From the NCBI GenBank assembly GCA_964393235.1, contig CAYMTH010000001.1:1-40664 (forward strand): DNA of 40,664 nt, given 5' to 3'. Of this stretch, positions 1-8,939 are shown in pieces (position 1 is the stretch's first letter; each line of letters starts with the position of its first letter). The DNA comes from an uncultured Solibacteraceae bacterium (GTDB lineage Bacteria; Acidobacteriota; Terriglobia; Bryobacterales; Bryobacteraceae). The notes beneath the pieces were generated by a model. That model did not search any database. It was given only the letters and a program-made list of their open reading frames with translations, and was not told the DNA's origin. The position numbers were made by a program, and so were the translations under genes.

Positions 1-55
1 ATTTGTGTCAATCGGCGCGGCGGGAGCGTTGCCGAAGTAGTAAGTCGTGGCGTCA
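1..55. repeat. Terminal duplication, copy 1. It is identical to 40610-40664, which is the overlap signature of a circular or circularly permuted 40,609-bp genome.
   Basis: Read directly: ATTTGTGTCAATCGGCGCGGCGGGAGCGTTGCCGAAGTAGTAAGTCGTGGCGTCA at both window ends in the same orientation. Confidence 0.95.
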
Positions 56-1869
56 GCGGGAGCGGACTGCGTGTTGCCGAAGAATTGCAGCGTGTACCCG
101 CCGCCTCCCTGCACGACCCAGGTGTTCGTCGATTCGCAGGCGAAAATCCTTTGGCCGGATCCGGCATCCGTGTCCATGTACACCTGTCCGACACTGCACG
201 TCGCGGGCAGCGTCGTGCTGCTCGGGAGGGTGAGTGCCTTCCCGGCGAGGCTAACTGCAGACGGCAGAGCTAGCGTCACCGGGCCGGTAGACGCCGAAGC
301 AGAGATCTCGTTAGCCGTTCCGGTGATGGTCGTGTTCATACCTCGCCACGCATATGTGTCCGAGGAGTCTTTCCCGCAGTATTCGACCGTGTCGTTCACA
401 CCAGCGCCAGAAAACGCATGCCAGACCCACCCTCGCGCGTTAACATCGCACGTCGGCTTCGCCCCCAGGGGCGTCTCTAATTTGATCCCGCCCTCACGGG
501 GAAGGCGGACCGAGTAACCAGTATCGATCGCGGTCGTAGCGTTGTGCCCGACATAGATGCCAGCGGTGTGGTGCCCGTTGAGGAAGGAGTGGTTTCCGGC
601 GGCGGTATAAAACTCATACGCTCCGGTCGGGTAGTTGTTTCCGCGAAGTGCGATTCGCGAGTATGTATCTTTCCCAGCAGTAATCAACCGAGTCCCATTG
701 TCCTGGAACTCGAGAAAGTTTCCGGCGTAGGTGCCGGAGGCATTGTTAATGCCGATGTAAGTTCCGTTTGCACTGCCCCCCACGATAGCGTTCCCTAGAC
801 GAAAAACGGATCGCGTCGCCGACGCACTAGGGGCCGTGGAGATCGCCAGTTCCCCCGCGTTCGGCACGGAGGAGTTTGCCAGCGCCGAAAAAGTCGAAGC
901 GCCGCCACGGTACTGGAGCTCGGTGCCGCTGCCCGCGACAGCGGGTGCGCCCGACAGCTCCGAGTATGCGACCTGAGCGCACGTCAGGTTCCCGCTAGCG
1001 GCGATGGTCGTTGCATATTGGCCGGCGGAGCAGTCGGTCGGATTCGCGGCCAGAGCCGTCGCCGTTGCGGCGTTACCGCTGGTGTTGACGTTGATCGTCG
1101 CCGGCAGGGAAAGGGTTACCGCGCCCGTCGCCGCCGATGCGGTGATCTGCGAAGCGGTACCACTGATGGTCGTCGGGAGAGCCGTGCAGCTCTCCGCCGC
1201 ACCGCTCGCGTCAACCCCGAGCGGGAACTGGCCGGCGGAGCAGTTCGCGCCGTTCGCCGCCAAGGCCGTCGCCGCCGCAGCAGTGCCTCCCGTGGCGAGC
1301 TTCCCGTCAAGAGCCGTCTGGAGGTCCGTCTGACTCGACAGGGTGCCAGTGATCGACCCCCACGTCCCGCCACCACCGGCAGTCGCCCAGGTGCCGTCCC
1401 CGCGCAAGTAGTTCGCCGCCGATGGTGTGCCCGTGCCGAGTTTCGCCGGCGGGATCGGGCCCGTCGTCAAGAAAGTCTGCACCGCTTTGAGTTCGGCGGC
1501 CAGCTGGTTGATGTGGTGTGCGACGACGTTACCGGAGACGGCCGTACCGGCCTGTGCCGACGCGGCTGTCGTGCCGGCGAACCCGCGACCGGCGGGGCAC
1601 ACGGTGAGGGTATTCCCGCTCTTCGAGCAGACCTTGATCTGCTCGCTGCCAATGGTGATGACCATCGGCGGGGTGAAGCGGGTGGCCGTGGTGACGGGGA
1701 TCGACGTCGCGGCGGCCGAGATTGAGCTGCTCAGGGTCGTCGACGCCCGGTCGCTCGCCACCAGCAGATCTTCGTCGGTCGCCAGGGTCGTGGGGTAAAC
1801 GGCGGTGTTCGGGTTCTGCGCGGCGAGTGTCGCGACAAACAACACCGGAATCAAGAGTCGCATTTTCAT
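1..1869 (-). CDS. Tail fibre / receptor-binding protein, N-terminal 623 codons. The ORF runs off the left edge and continues at 40609. The full protein is 723 aa.
   Basis: I checked every triplet from position 1 to 1869 and found no TTA/CTA/TCA, so this minus frame is open throughout. ATG at 1869-1867 overlaps the upstream stop (ATGA). Translation begins MKMRLLIPVLFVATLAAQNP. It contains a fibre-type module (ITIGSEQIKVCSKSGNTLTVCPAGRGFAGTTAASAQAGTAV) and ~70-aa Cys-pair repeats (ALAANGANCSAGQ / ALAANPTDCSAGQ). Confidence 0.8.
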   Translation of the reverse strand, partial: MKMRLLIPVLFVATLAAQNPNTAVYPTTLATDEDLLVASDRASTTLSSSISAAATSIPVTTATRFTPPMVITIGSEQIKVCSKSGNTLTVCPAGRGFAGTTAASAQAGTAVSGNVVAHHINQLAAELKAVQTFLTTGPIPPAKLGTGTPSAANYLRGDGTWATAGGGGTWGSITGTLSSQTDLQTALDGKLATGGTAAAATALAANGANCSAGQFPLGVDASGAAESCTALPTTISGTASQITASAATGAVTLSLPATINVNTSGNAATATALAANPTDCSAGQYATTIAASGNLTCAQVAYSELSGAPAVAGSGTELQYRGGASTFSALANSSVPNAGELAISTAPSASATRSVFRLGNAIVGGSANGTYIGINNASGTYAGNFLEFQDNGTRLITAGKDTYSRIALRGNNYPTGAYEFYTAAGNHSFLNGHHTAGIYVGHNATTAIDTGYSVRLPREGGIKLETPLGAKPTCDVNARGWVWHAFSGAGVNDTVEYCGKDSSDTYAWRGMNTTITGTANEISASASTGPVTLALPSAVSLAGKALTLPSSTTLPATCSVGQVYMDTDAGSGQRIFACESTNTWVVQGGGGYTLQFFGNTQSAPADATTYYFGNAPAAPIDTN

Positions 1870-2483
1870 CCAATCACCTTTGCTCGCATGCGCGGCGTCT
1901 TCGGGATGCCGGCGTTCTGGTCGGTGCGATAGATCTCGGCCAGCGCCTCGTCAAGATCCGCCTTCGCAATCGCCATCCCCTCGGGATCCCGCAGGTACTT
2001 GTTCGCGTAGAAGAGCGCCCCGTGCAGGTAGACATCGGGGTGGTTCTCCAGCAGCCAGTTCGACGTATTGTTGTCGGAGAGCGCCGGGATCTTCTGGTAA
2101 TACTCCATCCGCAGCGTGTAGCTGCTGTCGGGCTCCGGCAGCAGCCGCAGGCGGCCGCCGACGACGGAGTACGCGCGGGGGCGACCCTGCGTCGGGTGCT
2201 CCCGGCGGGTCGCCACCAGCTGCGCCGGCGTCAGGTATTCGAGGGGCGTCCAGACCCGGTCGTCCCGGTCGATGTTGCTCGTTTCCAGCCAGTCATCCGG
2301 CAGCGCCAGATACTCGCTGTCGGCCGTGGCCTCGACGACGGCGTACTGCTGCTGCGTTCGCAGCTTCCTGTTCGCGTAGCCCTCGGCCAACTCAATGAAA
2401 CCGGGAATCTCCGTCGTCAGGTCCGTCCGGTCGAGCCACGACGCGATCTCCGCCTTCAGCTCGTCGTAATCAGCAAAGGGCAC
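1866..2483 (-). CDS. Putative head-tail adaptor / head-completion protein.
   Basis: 205 aa. N-terminus MPFADYDELKAEIASWLDRTDLTTEIPGFIELAE resembles adaptor/connector N-termini. It lies between the capsid genes and the fibre genes, and its stop overlaps the fibre ATG. Confidence 0.45.
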   Translation of the reverse strand: MPFADYDELKAEIASWLDRTDLTTEIPGFIELAEGYANRKLRTQQQYAVVEATADSEYLALPDDWLETSNIDRDDRVWTPLEYLTPAQLVATRREHPTQGRPRAYSVVGGRLRLLPEPDSSYTLRMEYYQKIPALSDNNTSNWLLENHPDVYLHGALFYANKYLRDPEGMAIAKADLDEALAEIYRTDQNAGIPKTPRMRAKVIG

Positions 2484-2484
2484 G

Positions 2485-2808
2485 TCACACCGTCCCCGGC
2501 CGCGTTCTGAACTTCAGGTTGTCCCGGTCGTTCAGCCACTGGGCAAACTTCTTCTGGTCGGTAGGCTGCCCGTTGTGCGCGAGGATCCCCTTGCGCTGAA
2601 GCTCGTAGAAAACCGACATCGGGATCGACGCGACTTTGCGAAGCTCACCGAAGCGAGCCCGCTCGTCGGTCGAGGCGTACTCGGCCACGTTCTGGTCGAT
2701 GATGTCGGTGACGTCCTGCTCTTCGCTGACGACGATCTGCTCGTCGTCGACGTGAAGCTCCTGCACATGCTGGGTTACCGGATCGACGTCCAGTACAAAA
2801 CTATCCAT
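2485..2808 (-). CDS. Acidic hypothetical protein downstream of the capsid gene (107 aa).
   Basis: ATG at 2808 is preceded by AGGAGG 6 nt upstream. The track's 2847 start is a TTG without an RBS. The sequence is protein-like (MDSFVLDVDPVTQHVQELH...KFAQWLNDRDNLKFRTRPGTV). Confidence 0.6.
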   Translation of the reverse strand: MDSFVLDVDPVTQHVQELHVDDEQIVVSEEQDVTDIIDQNVAEYASTDERARFGELRKVASIPMSVFYELQRKGILAHNGQPTDQKKFAQWLNDRDNLKFRTRPGTV

Positions 2809-2874
2809 GATCGTCCTCCTGGGAAGGTGCGGGGGCTGCTGGAACAACCCCCGCTATGCACCGGCCGCCGCAGG

Positions 2875-3855
2875 TTAGATCAGGGCGGTGTTGAGGTCAG
2901 CGACGAGGCCGTGGGCGGCTTCGTTCGTGACCTGGAGGCCCCACTCGACCAGCAACAGCTTCTTCGTCGCGTCGCCGGTCTTCGCGAGATCCACGGTCTG
3001 GAAGTCGCGCAGCATCCGCATCTCGGCGTACTCGGGGTCGATGAGCCACGCATCCCGCTCCCGCTGGAAACGGTTGGGGACGACGCTCAGGTTCCCGAAG
3101 TCGCTGACGTAGATGTCGGCCGCGCCGATGATCGTCGTCGCCTTCGCACCCTGGGCGTTGTAACGCTGGGCGGCGACGCCGGCGAAGGCGCTGGCATTCT
3201 GCTTGTTCACCGGCCCCAGCATCAGCACCGTAGGCTTGCCACCGGCCGAGTAACAGAGCTGCATCGTGGCCTTCAGCAGGGCTTCGGTGAAGTTCCGCTG
3301 GGTGCCGTCGGTGCGCGTCGCGTTCGGCAGCGTGGTGTAGACCGGACTCGCGCCGGTCGCGCCGAGCGAGTCGTTCGTTTTGACGCAGGCGAGGAACGAA
3401 CCAGTCTTGCGGGCAGTGCCGGCAGCGCCGGCGTTGGCGGCCTGATTGGTGCCGATCATGATGGCTTCCATGTCCCGCTTGAGTTCCTTGGAACGCTTGG
3501 CGAGATTGTAGGCGAGTTCACCCTTCCGGCCGGCCTTCCGCATCGACTCGTTCGTGCCCGAGACGATGAGGGTTTTCGCCGAGATCTGGACGTAGTTCTG
3601 CATGCGGGTCGTCGCCGTCGCCGCCTGGAGCGTCCCGCTGTCGTAGTCCTCGCCTTCGAGCTGGGCATTGCCCGTGTCGACGGCGTCGAGCGCGTCCACC
3701 TGCCACTCGAACAACGTATTGCTGACCTTCTCACCCTTCCCGATCATGGTCATGAACGGGGTGTCGGTGGGCGAGATCATCGAGATCACGTCGCTCAGAT
3801 CCTCGCGAGCACCCTTAACGGTGTACGAGGTGTAGGTATTCGTTTTAATCGCCAT
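2875..3855 (-). CDS. Major capsid protein (HK97-fold, SU10-like family).
   Basis: 326 aa. The N-terminal signature GAREDLSDVISMISPTDTPFMTMIG...FEWQVD matches the conserved REDLxDxIxxISPxDTPF motif I recall for this capsid family. It lies directly downstream of the scaffold gene. Confidence 0.85.
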   Translation of the reverse strand: MAIKTNTYTSYTVKGAREDLSDVISMISPTDTPFMTMIGKGEKVSNTLFEWQVDALDAVDTGNAQLEGEDYDSGTLQAATATTRMQNYVQISAKTLIVSGTNESMRKAGRKGELAYNLAKRSKELKRDMEAIMIGTNQAANAGAAGTARKTGSFLACVKTNDSLGATGASPVYTTLPNATRTDGTQRNFTEALLKATMQLCYSAGGKPTVLMLGPVNKQNASAFAGVAAQRYNAQGAKATTIIGAADIYVSDFGNLSVVPNRFQRERDAWLIDPEYAEMRMLRDFQTVDLAKTGDATKKLLLVEWGLQVTNEAAHGLVADLNTALI

Positions 3856-3865
3856 TGGCTTCTCC

Positions 3866-4855
3866 TCAGATGAGCCGTGCGAACACGGCAGCCGCGTCCT
3901 TTACGGACCCGGTCTGGGCGAGCCTCTTGACCGCTTTCTGCATGGGGGCAGCCGCCTTCGGGGCACTGCTTCCGGCCGGGGCCACCTTGGGGGCGACCCG
4001 CCGCTGCTGGGCTTCCGCCTTCAGCTGCGGCCGCTGTTTCTGCGCGAGGTCGTACATGTACGCCTTCCGCAGGACCAGCACCGTCCGGTGATCGTAGATC
4101 GAGGACAGCTCCTGCTCGGTGAACCCGAGCCCGCGAGCGAACTCGGCCATGCCTGCCTTCTCCTGGGCCGCGCGGTTCTCATCGCGCCACTCGGGGACAG
4201 CCTGCACCAACCGATCCGCCTCTTCGGCCAGCGTCCGCTGGAGTTGCTCCTGCTCGGCCTGCTGCGCCCGGGACCGTTCGGCCTGAAGACGCTGCTGGAG
4301 AGCATACTGCTGCTGCTGACGCTGCTGGAACTCGGCCCACTGGGCCGCATACTCGATGGGATCTTCCCGCCGCAGACGCTCCCAGTCGGGCTGTGCCGGC
4401 TGCTGCTGTTGCATCGCAGCGACCTGCCCTTCCAGGAACTGGATCATCTGAGCTCGCTCACCCTCCATCTCGACCGCCTTGGCCTCAAGCTCTTTGCGAG
4501 CCTGCGCCACGGCCATCGACTTTCGGGTGTAATCAGCCTGTCGCGAATACCCGTTGAGCAGCTCCGACAGCGGCACTTGGAGCTCTTCGCCGGCAACTTT
4601 TACCGTGAAGAGTTGTTCCTGCTGCTGTTTGGAGTCCTCTCCGGACTCTTCGTCGTCATCGGCCTCGTCCTCGCCTTCGGCCTCGTCCTCGTCGTCCTCG
4701 GACTCCTCGCCCTCGGCCTCCTCGGAATCGTCCTCGACGTTGTCGGCGTCGTCGTCCTGCTCCTCGTTTTCGGCGTCGCCGCCGAGGAGGGCTGCAAAAC
4801 GAGCTTCCGCCTCATCCTGCGTGAGAGATCCGCTCATGGGGTTGCCTCCAGACAT
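3866..4855 (-). CDS. Scaffolding protein.
   Basis: 329 aa. It has a long poly-acidic tract (EEQDDDADNVEDDSEEAEGEESEDDEDEAEGEDEADDDEE) followed by a Q/A/E/R-rich, coiled-coil-like sequence. It lies between portal and capsid. An alternative ATG at 4837 has a better RBS (GGAGG). Confidence 0.75.
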   Translation of the reverse strand: MSGGNPMSGSLTQDEAEARFAALLGGDAENEEQDDDADNVEDDSEEAEGEESEDDEDEAEGEDEADDDEESGEDSKQQQEQLFTVKVAGEELQVPLSELLNGYSRQADYTRKSMAVAQARKELEAKAVEMEGERAQMIQFLEGQVAAMQQQQPAQPDWERLRREDPIEYAAQWAEFQQRQQQQYALQQRLQAERSRAQQAEQEQLQRTLAEEADRLVQAVPEWRDENRAAQEKAGMAEFARGLGFTEQELSSIYDHRTVLVLRKAYMYDLAQKQRPQLKAEAQQRRVAPKVAPAGSSAPKAAAPMQKAVKRLAQTGSVKDAAAVFARLI

Positions 4856-4858
4856 GTA

Positions 4859-5137
4859 TTAGTTCCGCTTTCCTTTCAGACGCAGCGTGTGCGCGGCGTG
4901 GGCCCCGGCGTTGCTGTACGTCGACAGCATCTCCTGGACCCGGACCAGCCCTTTGAGGGCGAAATACGCGCCCTCGCGCTGCGGGGTTGCGTCGAGGGGC
5001 GACTGCTGCCACTCCTCGAACAACCGCTTCTTCGTCGCCTCGACAGCTTCCTGGTAAACGGGGTCGGCCAGGATTTCCTGGACTCGGTTGCCCTTCTCCA
5101 CGTTCTGCCGGAGCTCAATCTCTTCGTGTTCAGACAC
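4859..5137 (-). CDS. Small hypothetical protein between portal and scaffold (92 aa).
   Basis: Protein-like sequence (MSEHEEIELRQNVEKGNRVQEILADPVYQEAVEATKKRLFEEWQQ...). It overlaps the portal stop by 8 nt in the same operon. Confidence 0.6.
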   Translation of the reverse strand: MSEHEEIELRQNVEKGNRVQEILADPVYQEAVEATKKRLFEEWQQSPLDATPQREGAYFALKGLVRVQEMLSTYSNAGAHAAHTLRLKGKRN

Positions 5138-7292
5138 TCGGTGCCTCCTGCGCGGCCGGCGGCTGCGCCGGCTGCTGCATGCGCTGGGCGTCCATCATCG
5201 CCTTGATGCCGGCGATGTCGACTGCCTGCGCGTATTTCAGCTCGATCTCACGGGCCCGCAGAATCACGTCGGCCTCGTTCTTGTCGCGCTCCCGGTCGTC
5301 GCGCATCACGAGCTCGCGCTCTTTGAGAGCCATTTCCTGCTGCTTGATGGCGATGTCGGCGCGGATCTGCTCCATCTGGACCTCGGCCAGCAGCTCCTCC
5401 GGTGTCTTCTTCGGCTCCTGCGCCGGCGGTTGCCAGTCGGGCGGGACTTCCTGGAAAAACTGCCCAGGGTCGCGGAACCCGGAGAGCTCCAGGATCTTCG
5501 CCAGGGTGTTGCGGTACTGCGAGACGGTGCAGAGGGGGTTCATCGGGCCGTACTGCTGGAGGATGCCCTCTTGTCGCTGGGCCACCTGGAGCAGGGCCCC
5601 GATGCGCTCCTGCACCGTCCCCGACCCGACGGCGACGTTGACGATCACATCCGCGTCGACGTTCCAGGCCGCCGGCGATACCGGCGTCCACTTGCCCCGC
5701 AGACGCATCATGCGGGCCTGATCCTGGTGCCGCGCCAGGAGTTTCGCCACTCCCCGCATCAGCGGCCGGAGGCCGACTTCCGCGAGGATGCGAGCGATCA
5801 TCTCGATTTGTTGATGCGCGGCAGAAACGGTTGCGGCGACGGCCGCTTTGGTTGTCGATTGGAGTGCGTCGGCGTCCAGACCGGCGGCCGCTTTCGAGAT
5901 ACCTGTGCGGTCCTGTTTGATGCTATCCATCGCCGCAAGGACATCCAAAACCTCCCGGCCCACGAAGGGCATAGTGAACGGCTGGACCATCCCCGGCGCT
6001 CGCATGCGGATCACCCCGCCGACGTCGGTGTTCAGAACATCGGCCATCTCGACCTGGGACTCGACGACGGCGACCCGGGGGTCGGTGGCGAGCGCCAGGG
6101 AGTTCAACATCGAGCGCAGCAGGCTGGTCTTGATGCGCTGAATATCGGTCAGGATGTCACCCAGGCCGTTGCCAAAGACGGTGTGCGGCTCGGGATCCGG
6201 CGTAAAGCAGGCAATCGGCCGCTGATCAATAGGCTCGTTGCGGACGACCTCGTGATCCTCGCCCACCGCGCAGATGTGCCGCAGTTCGGCGATGCCGTCC
6301 CCGTCGTAATCGACGCGGGCGTAGGCTTCGACGTACAGGACGGGGCGATTGGCCTCGTCCGACGGGATCCCGACCGGCTCGCCGCTGTTCGGAATCCGCA
6401 TCCGCGCCTCGACGGACAGGTCGTCCCACTCGTCGCTGCCCGATTTCGACTCGATGAACTCGCGGTCGTATCCCATGGCGACCAGATCGGACACGGATTT
6501 ATAGCACTTCCGCGCCACAAAACGGGCGGTTTCAATGCTCCGCGCCGTCGATTCGATCAGAAGCTCTTCCGGCGGGATCGCCTCGACGACGACCCGGCCC
6601 TTGCCGCGATACCGGCGCACATTGACGTCGAAAAGACCGTCGGGGCGGGGCGTGGGGGTGAACTCCGCGCCGGCCTGGGTCGCGTCCTGGTACAGCAGCT
6701 GCGCCGCTTCCTGGGTCAGACCCTCATATCGGTCCTCGGTCACGTCCTGCGAGTCGTCCCAGCGCCACTGGACGTAGCCCATGTCGCGGATGAGGGCGTC
6801 CTTGAAGGCGCTGTACAGGACCAGGAACCCGCAGTTGTCGATCTTGAGGACGTAGTCGACGGCGTCGGTCATCTGCTCGGCCAGCGCCACGTCTTCCGGC
6901 CCACGGGGAGTGAACTCGGCCACCCGCTCGGGGCCCCAGAAGATCCGCATCAGGCTCGGCAAAATGGCGTTGACGACGTCGCGGAAGTCGCGGGACACGG
7001 CTTTGCTGCGCCCGTCCTCCTCGTCGCCATAGAGCTCGCCGTTGTACCGGTTGTTCAGCTCCTCCCTGCGGGCGGAGAGGGTGTCCTGCACACTCTCGGC
7101 GGTGTCGATCTCGCCGCGCAGAAAAGCCTGGAGATCCTCGTCGCTCATGCCCTCGGTTTCGCCGACGGGGTCGGGGCCGTACTCCCCGACCTCGCCGGTT
7201 TGGCCTACAGGAGTGGTACGCGATTCCTCGTCGCCAAGGGGGACCGGGCTCATGAGTCCTCGCGTCATGACGTCATTCGTACCACGAATCAA
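5130..7292 (-). CDS. Portal protein.
   Basis: About 700-720 aa ORF immediately downstream of the large terminase. It has a charged helical C-terminus (QMEQIRADIAIKQQEMALKERELVMRDDRERDKNEAD). Size and position are typical of a portal. The start is uncertain: TTG 7292, ATG 7268, or ATG 7253 with a GAGGA RBS. Confidence 0.8.
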   Translation of the reverse strand: MIRGTNDVMTRGLMSPVPLGDEESRTTPVGQTGEVGEYGPDPVGETEGMSDEDLQAFLRGEIDTAESVQDTLSARREELNNRYNGELYGDEEDGRSKAVSRDFRDVVNAILPSLMRIFWGPERVAEFTPRGPEDVALAEQMTDAVDYVLKIDNCGFLVLYSAFKDALIRDMGYVQWRWDDSQDVTEDRYEGLTQEAAQLLYQDATQAGAEFTPTPRPDGLFDVNVRRYRGKGRVVVEAIPPEELLIESTARSIETARFVARKCYKSVSDLVAMGYDREFIESKSGSDEWDDLSVEARMRIPNSGEPVGIPSDEANRPVLYVEAYARVDYDGDGIAELRHICAVGEDHEVVRNEPIDQRPIACFTPDPEPHTVFGNGLGDILTDIQRIKTSLLRSMLNSLALATDPRVAVVESQVEMADVLNTDVGGVIRMRAPGMVQPFTMPFVGREVLDVLAAMDSIKQDRTGISKAAAGLDADALQSTTKAAVAATVSAAHQQIEMIARILAEVGLRPLMRGVAKLLARHQDQARMMRLRGKWTPVSPAAWNVDADVIVNVAVGSGTVQERIGALLQVAQRQEGILQQYGPMNPLCTVSQYRNTLAKILELSGFRDPGQFFQEVPPDWQPPAQEPKKTPEELLAEVQMEQIRADIAIKQQEMALKERELVMRDDRERDKNEADVILRAREIELKYAQAVDIAGIKAMMDAQRMQQPAQPPAAQEAPSV

Positions 7293-7318
7293 CCCGGCCC
7301 TTCAATACCTTGGGGGTA

Positions 7319-8743
7319 TCAGTAGATCGCCAGCTTCCGGCGCAGGGGTTTGCCGCGATTGGCTTGGCTCCGGCCGTGAGTGGCGACGGCGGCGCTGCCG
7401 GCGAACGTCAGGGCGAGGGCGTCGGCGCTGTCGGGCGACCGGAAGCCGCGCTTTCGCATCTCGTCCTTCGACTCCAACAACAGCTTCCCGTTCGACGTGA
7501 ACTTGTAGCGCGGCGTCGCCAGCTCCGAGATCAGATCCTCGTCTTTCGGCAGCCGGCAGTCGCGGGCGGCCAACCACCCCTTGATCTTCGTCCACAGCTC
7601 CGTCCGCAGGTTGTGTGACTCCCCCTTGAGGCTGGGGGCCTCGCTCACGTTGACGCCAATCGCCGGCAGCTGGAGCTCCCGCAGCCGGTCGACGACCCCG
7701 GCCCCGATCCCGATGCTGTCGACCAGGATCTCGACCGGCCGGTCGGGGTGAGGGGTGCTCTCCCACTCGTGGACGACCAGCCCGGTCAGCTGCATCAGGT
7801 CCATGTTCGCCCACCGCTGAATCCGCTCGACGGTGTTCGCCCGCCGGCGGAGGAGGACGCTCTTGTCACTGCCGAAGCGGGCGACGTCCAGGCCCCATAC
7901 GACCGGCGCGTCCTTGATCGGCTCCACGTCACGATGCACGGCGAGATCAATCAGCTCCATCGAGATCAGCGTGTCGTCGTCAGCGCGGGGGAACTCACCC
8001 AGGACGCGGATCCGGTAGGCGTTGGAATCCTCCCCGTACCGCACCGCCATCTCGCGGATGAACTCCCGGCTGACCCGGGGGCTGTCGATGCACGACAGGT
8101 GGAACGTCGTCCACTCCGACTGGAGACGGTTGTGCGTCTCGTAGAACGTGCCGCTGGACCGGACGGGGTTGCCGAGGAGCAGGGTCACCGCATGCTCGCC
8201 CGACATGGAGCCGGCCGCCGCCTCGAAAATCGGCTCGGGGATACCGGAGGCTTCGTCAGCGATGAGCAGGACGTGCTCGCTGTGGATCCCCTGCAACGCT
8301 TCCGGCTGCTCCGCCTTCGAGGTGCGGGCGGACACGAAACTCCCGGCCGGGTCTGCCTTGAGCTCGATGTTCTCGCTCTTGACCGTGAACAGCTCCTGCA
8401 CTACCGGCGGCAGCCGGCGGATCCAGGTGCAGACCTCGGCGTACAGCGCGTCGTAGAGCTGCGCCGTCGTCGGGGCAGTCATCACGGTCTTCTGCGGGTA
8501 GCGGGTGATCAACCACCAGATCACGGCCCAGGCGGCCGTCGTGGTCTTCCCCACCCCATGGCCCGACCGGACGGAGATCCGGCGTCTGCCTTGGGCGATG
8601 GCCGTCAGGATCTCCGCCTGCTTGGGGTCCGGCTTGACACCGAGCACCTCCTCGACGAAGCGGGCGGGGTGGTCGATGTAATTCTCGATGAACGGGATGA
8701 GGGGGTTTTGCTCGGGGGCTGTTCTGGGGGGTCTGGATGGCAT
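7319..8743 (-). CDS. terL: Terminase large subunit.
   Basis: 474 aa. Walker A-like VRSGHGVGKTT and Walker B-like LLIADEASGI, followed by a nuclease-like C-terminal half. Lies upstream of the portal gene. Confidence 0.9.
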   Translation of the reverse strand: MPSRPPRTAPEQNPLIPFIENYIDHPARFVEEVLGVKPDPKQAEILTAIAQGRRRISVRSGHGVGKTTTAAWAVIWWLITRYPQKTVMTAPTTAQLYDALYAEVCTWIRRLPPVVQELFTVKSENIELKADPAGSFVSARTSKAEQPEALQGIHSEHVLLIADEASGIPEPIFEAAAGSMSGEHAVTLLLGNPVRSSGTFYETHNRLQSEWTTFHLSCIDSPRVSREFIREMAVRYGEDSNAYRIRVLGEFPRADDDTLISMELIDLAVHRDVEPIKDAPVVWGLDVARFGSDKSVLLRRRANTVERIQRWANMDLMQLTGLVVHEWESTPHPDRPVEILVDSIGIGAGVVDRLRELQLPAIGVNVSEAPSLKGESHNLRTELWTKIKGWLAARDCRLPKDEDLISELATPRYKFTSNGKLLLESKDEMRKRGFRSPDSADALALTFAGSAAVATHGRSQANRGKPLRRKLAIY

Positions 8744-8763
8744 GGTGAAAATTTTTTTTCAGA

Positions 8764-8799
8764 GGGCGGGGGAAGGGGGTGGGAGGGGAGGGGTGGGGG
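8764..8799 (+). repeat. Dense G-tract block: seven runs of G3-G5 in 36 nt, so a G-quadruplex is possible. It lies on the plus strand just upstream (in the minus sense) of terL.
   Basis: GGGCGGGGGAAGGGGGTGGGAGGGGAGGGGTGGGGG read directly. It is followed at 8748-8759 by A4T8, which reads A8T4 on the coding strand next to the terL ATG. Confidence 0.7.
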
Positions 8800-8904
8800 T
8801 CGCGGGCTCAGGTGTACTGCGAATAGATCCGCCCCCGCCAAACGCGCGACGGGGGGCCTCCGGCCGCCCCGCCAGGGCGTCGGGCCGCCCCGACGTCAGG
8901 ATGC

Positions 8905-8939
8905 CCCGCCCTGCCCCGGATCCGGCCCGCCCTGCCCCG
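8905..8939. repeat. Two direct copies of CCCGCCCTGCCCCG, 21 bp apart, flanking the palindrome CCGGATCCGG.
   Basis: Copies at 8905-8918 and 8926-8939, with the palindrome at 8916-8925. They lie inside the 406-bp non-coding terS-terL spacer. Confidence 0.7.

Noticed and set aside
1018-1725. Plus-strand ORFs in 1-1800 (3..233, 47..517, 544..798, 1004..1333, 1018..1725, 1427..1798), the only sizeable ORFs the track offers here.
   Set aside because: The minus frame in phase with position 1 is open throughout and encodes a coherent fibre protein. The plus-strand translations are Arg/Gly-rich or otherwise featureless.
5088-7325. 745-aa plus-strand ORF, and similar long ORFs: 2575..3873 +, 4088..5206 +, 7748..9238 +, 11846..13309 -, 13533..14927 -, 16994..18298 -, 18927..20231 -, 22545..24845 -, 35474..37006 +, 37658..38959 +.
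   Set aside because: Each lies antisense to a gene with recognisable motifs (portal, capsid, terminase, DUF932, SNF2, DUF2800, primase and others). Their translations are R/G/P/A/L-rich with no motifs. Open antisense frames of this kind are expected in GC-rich DNA.
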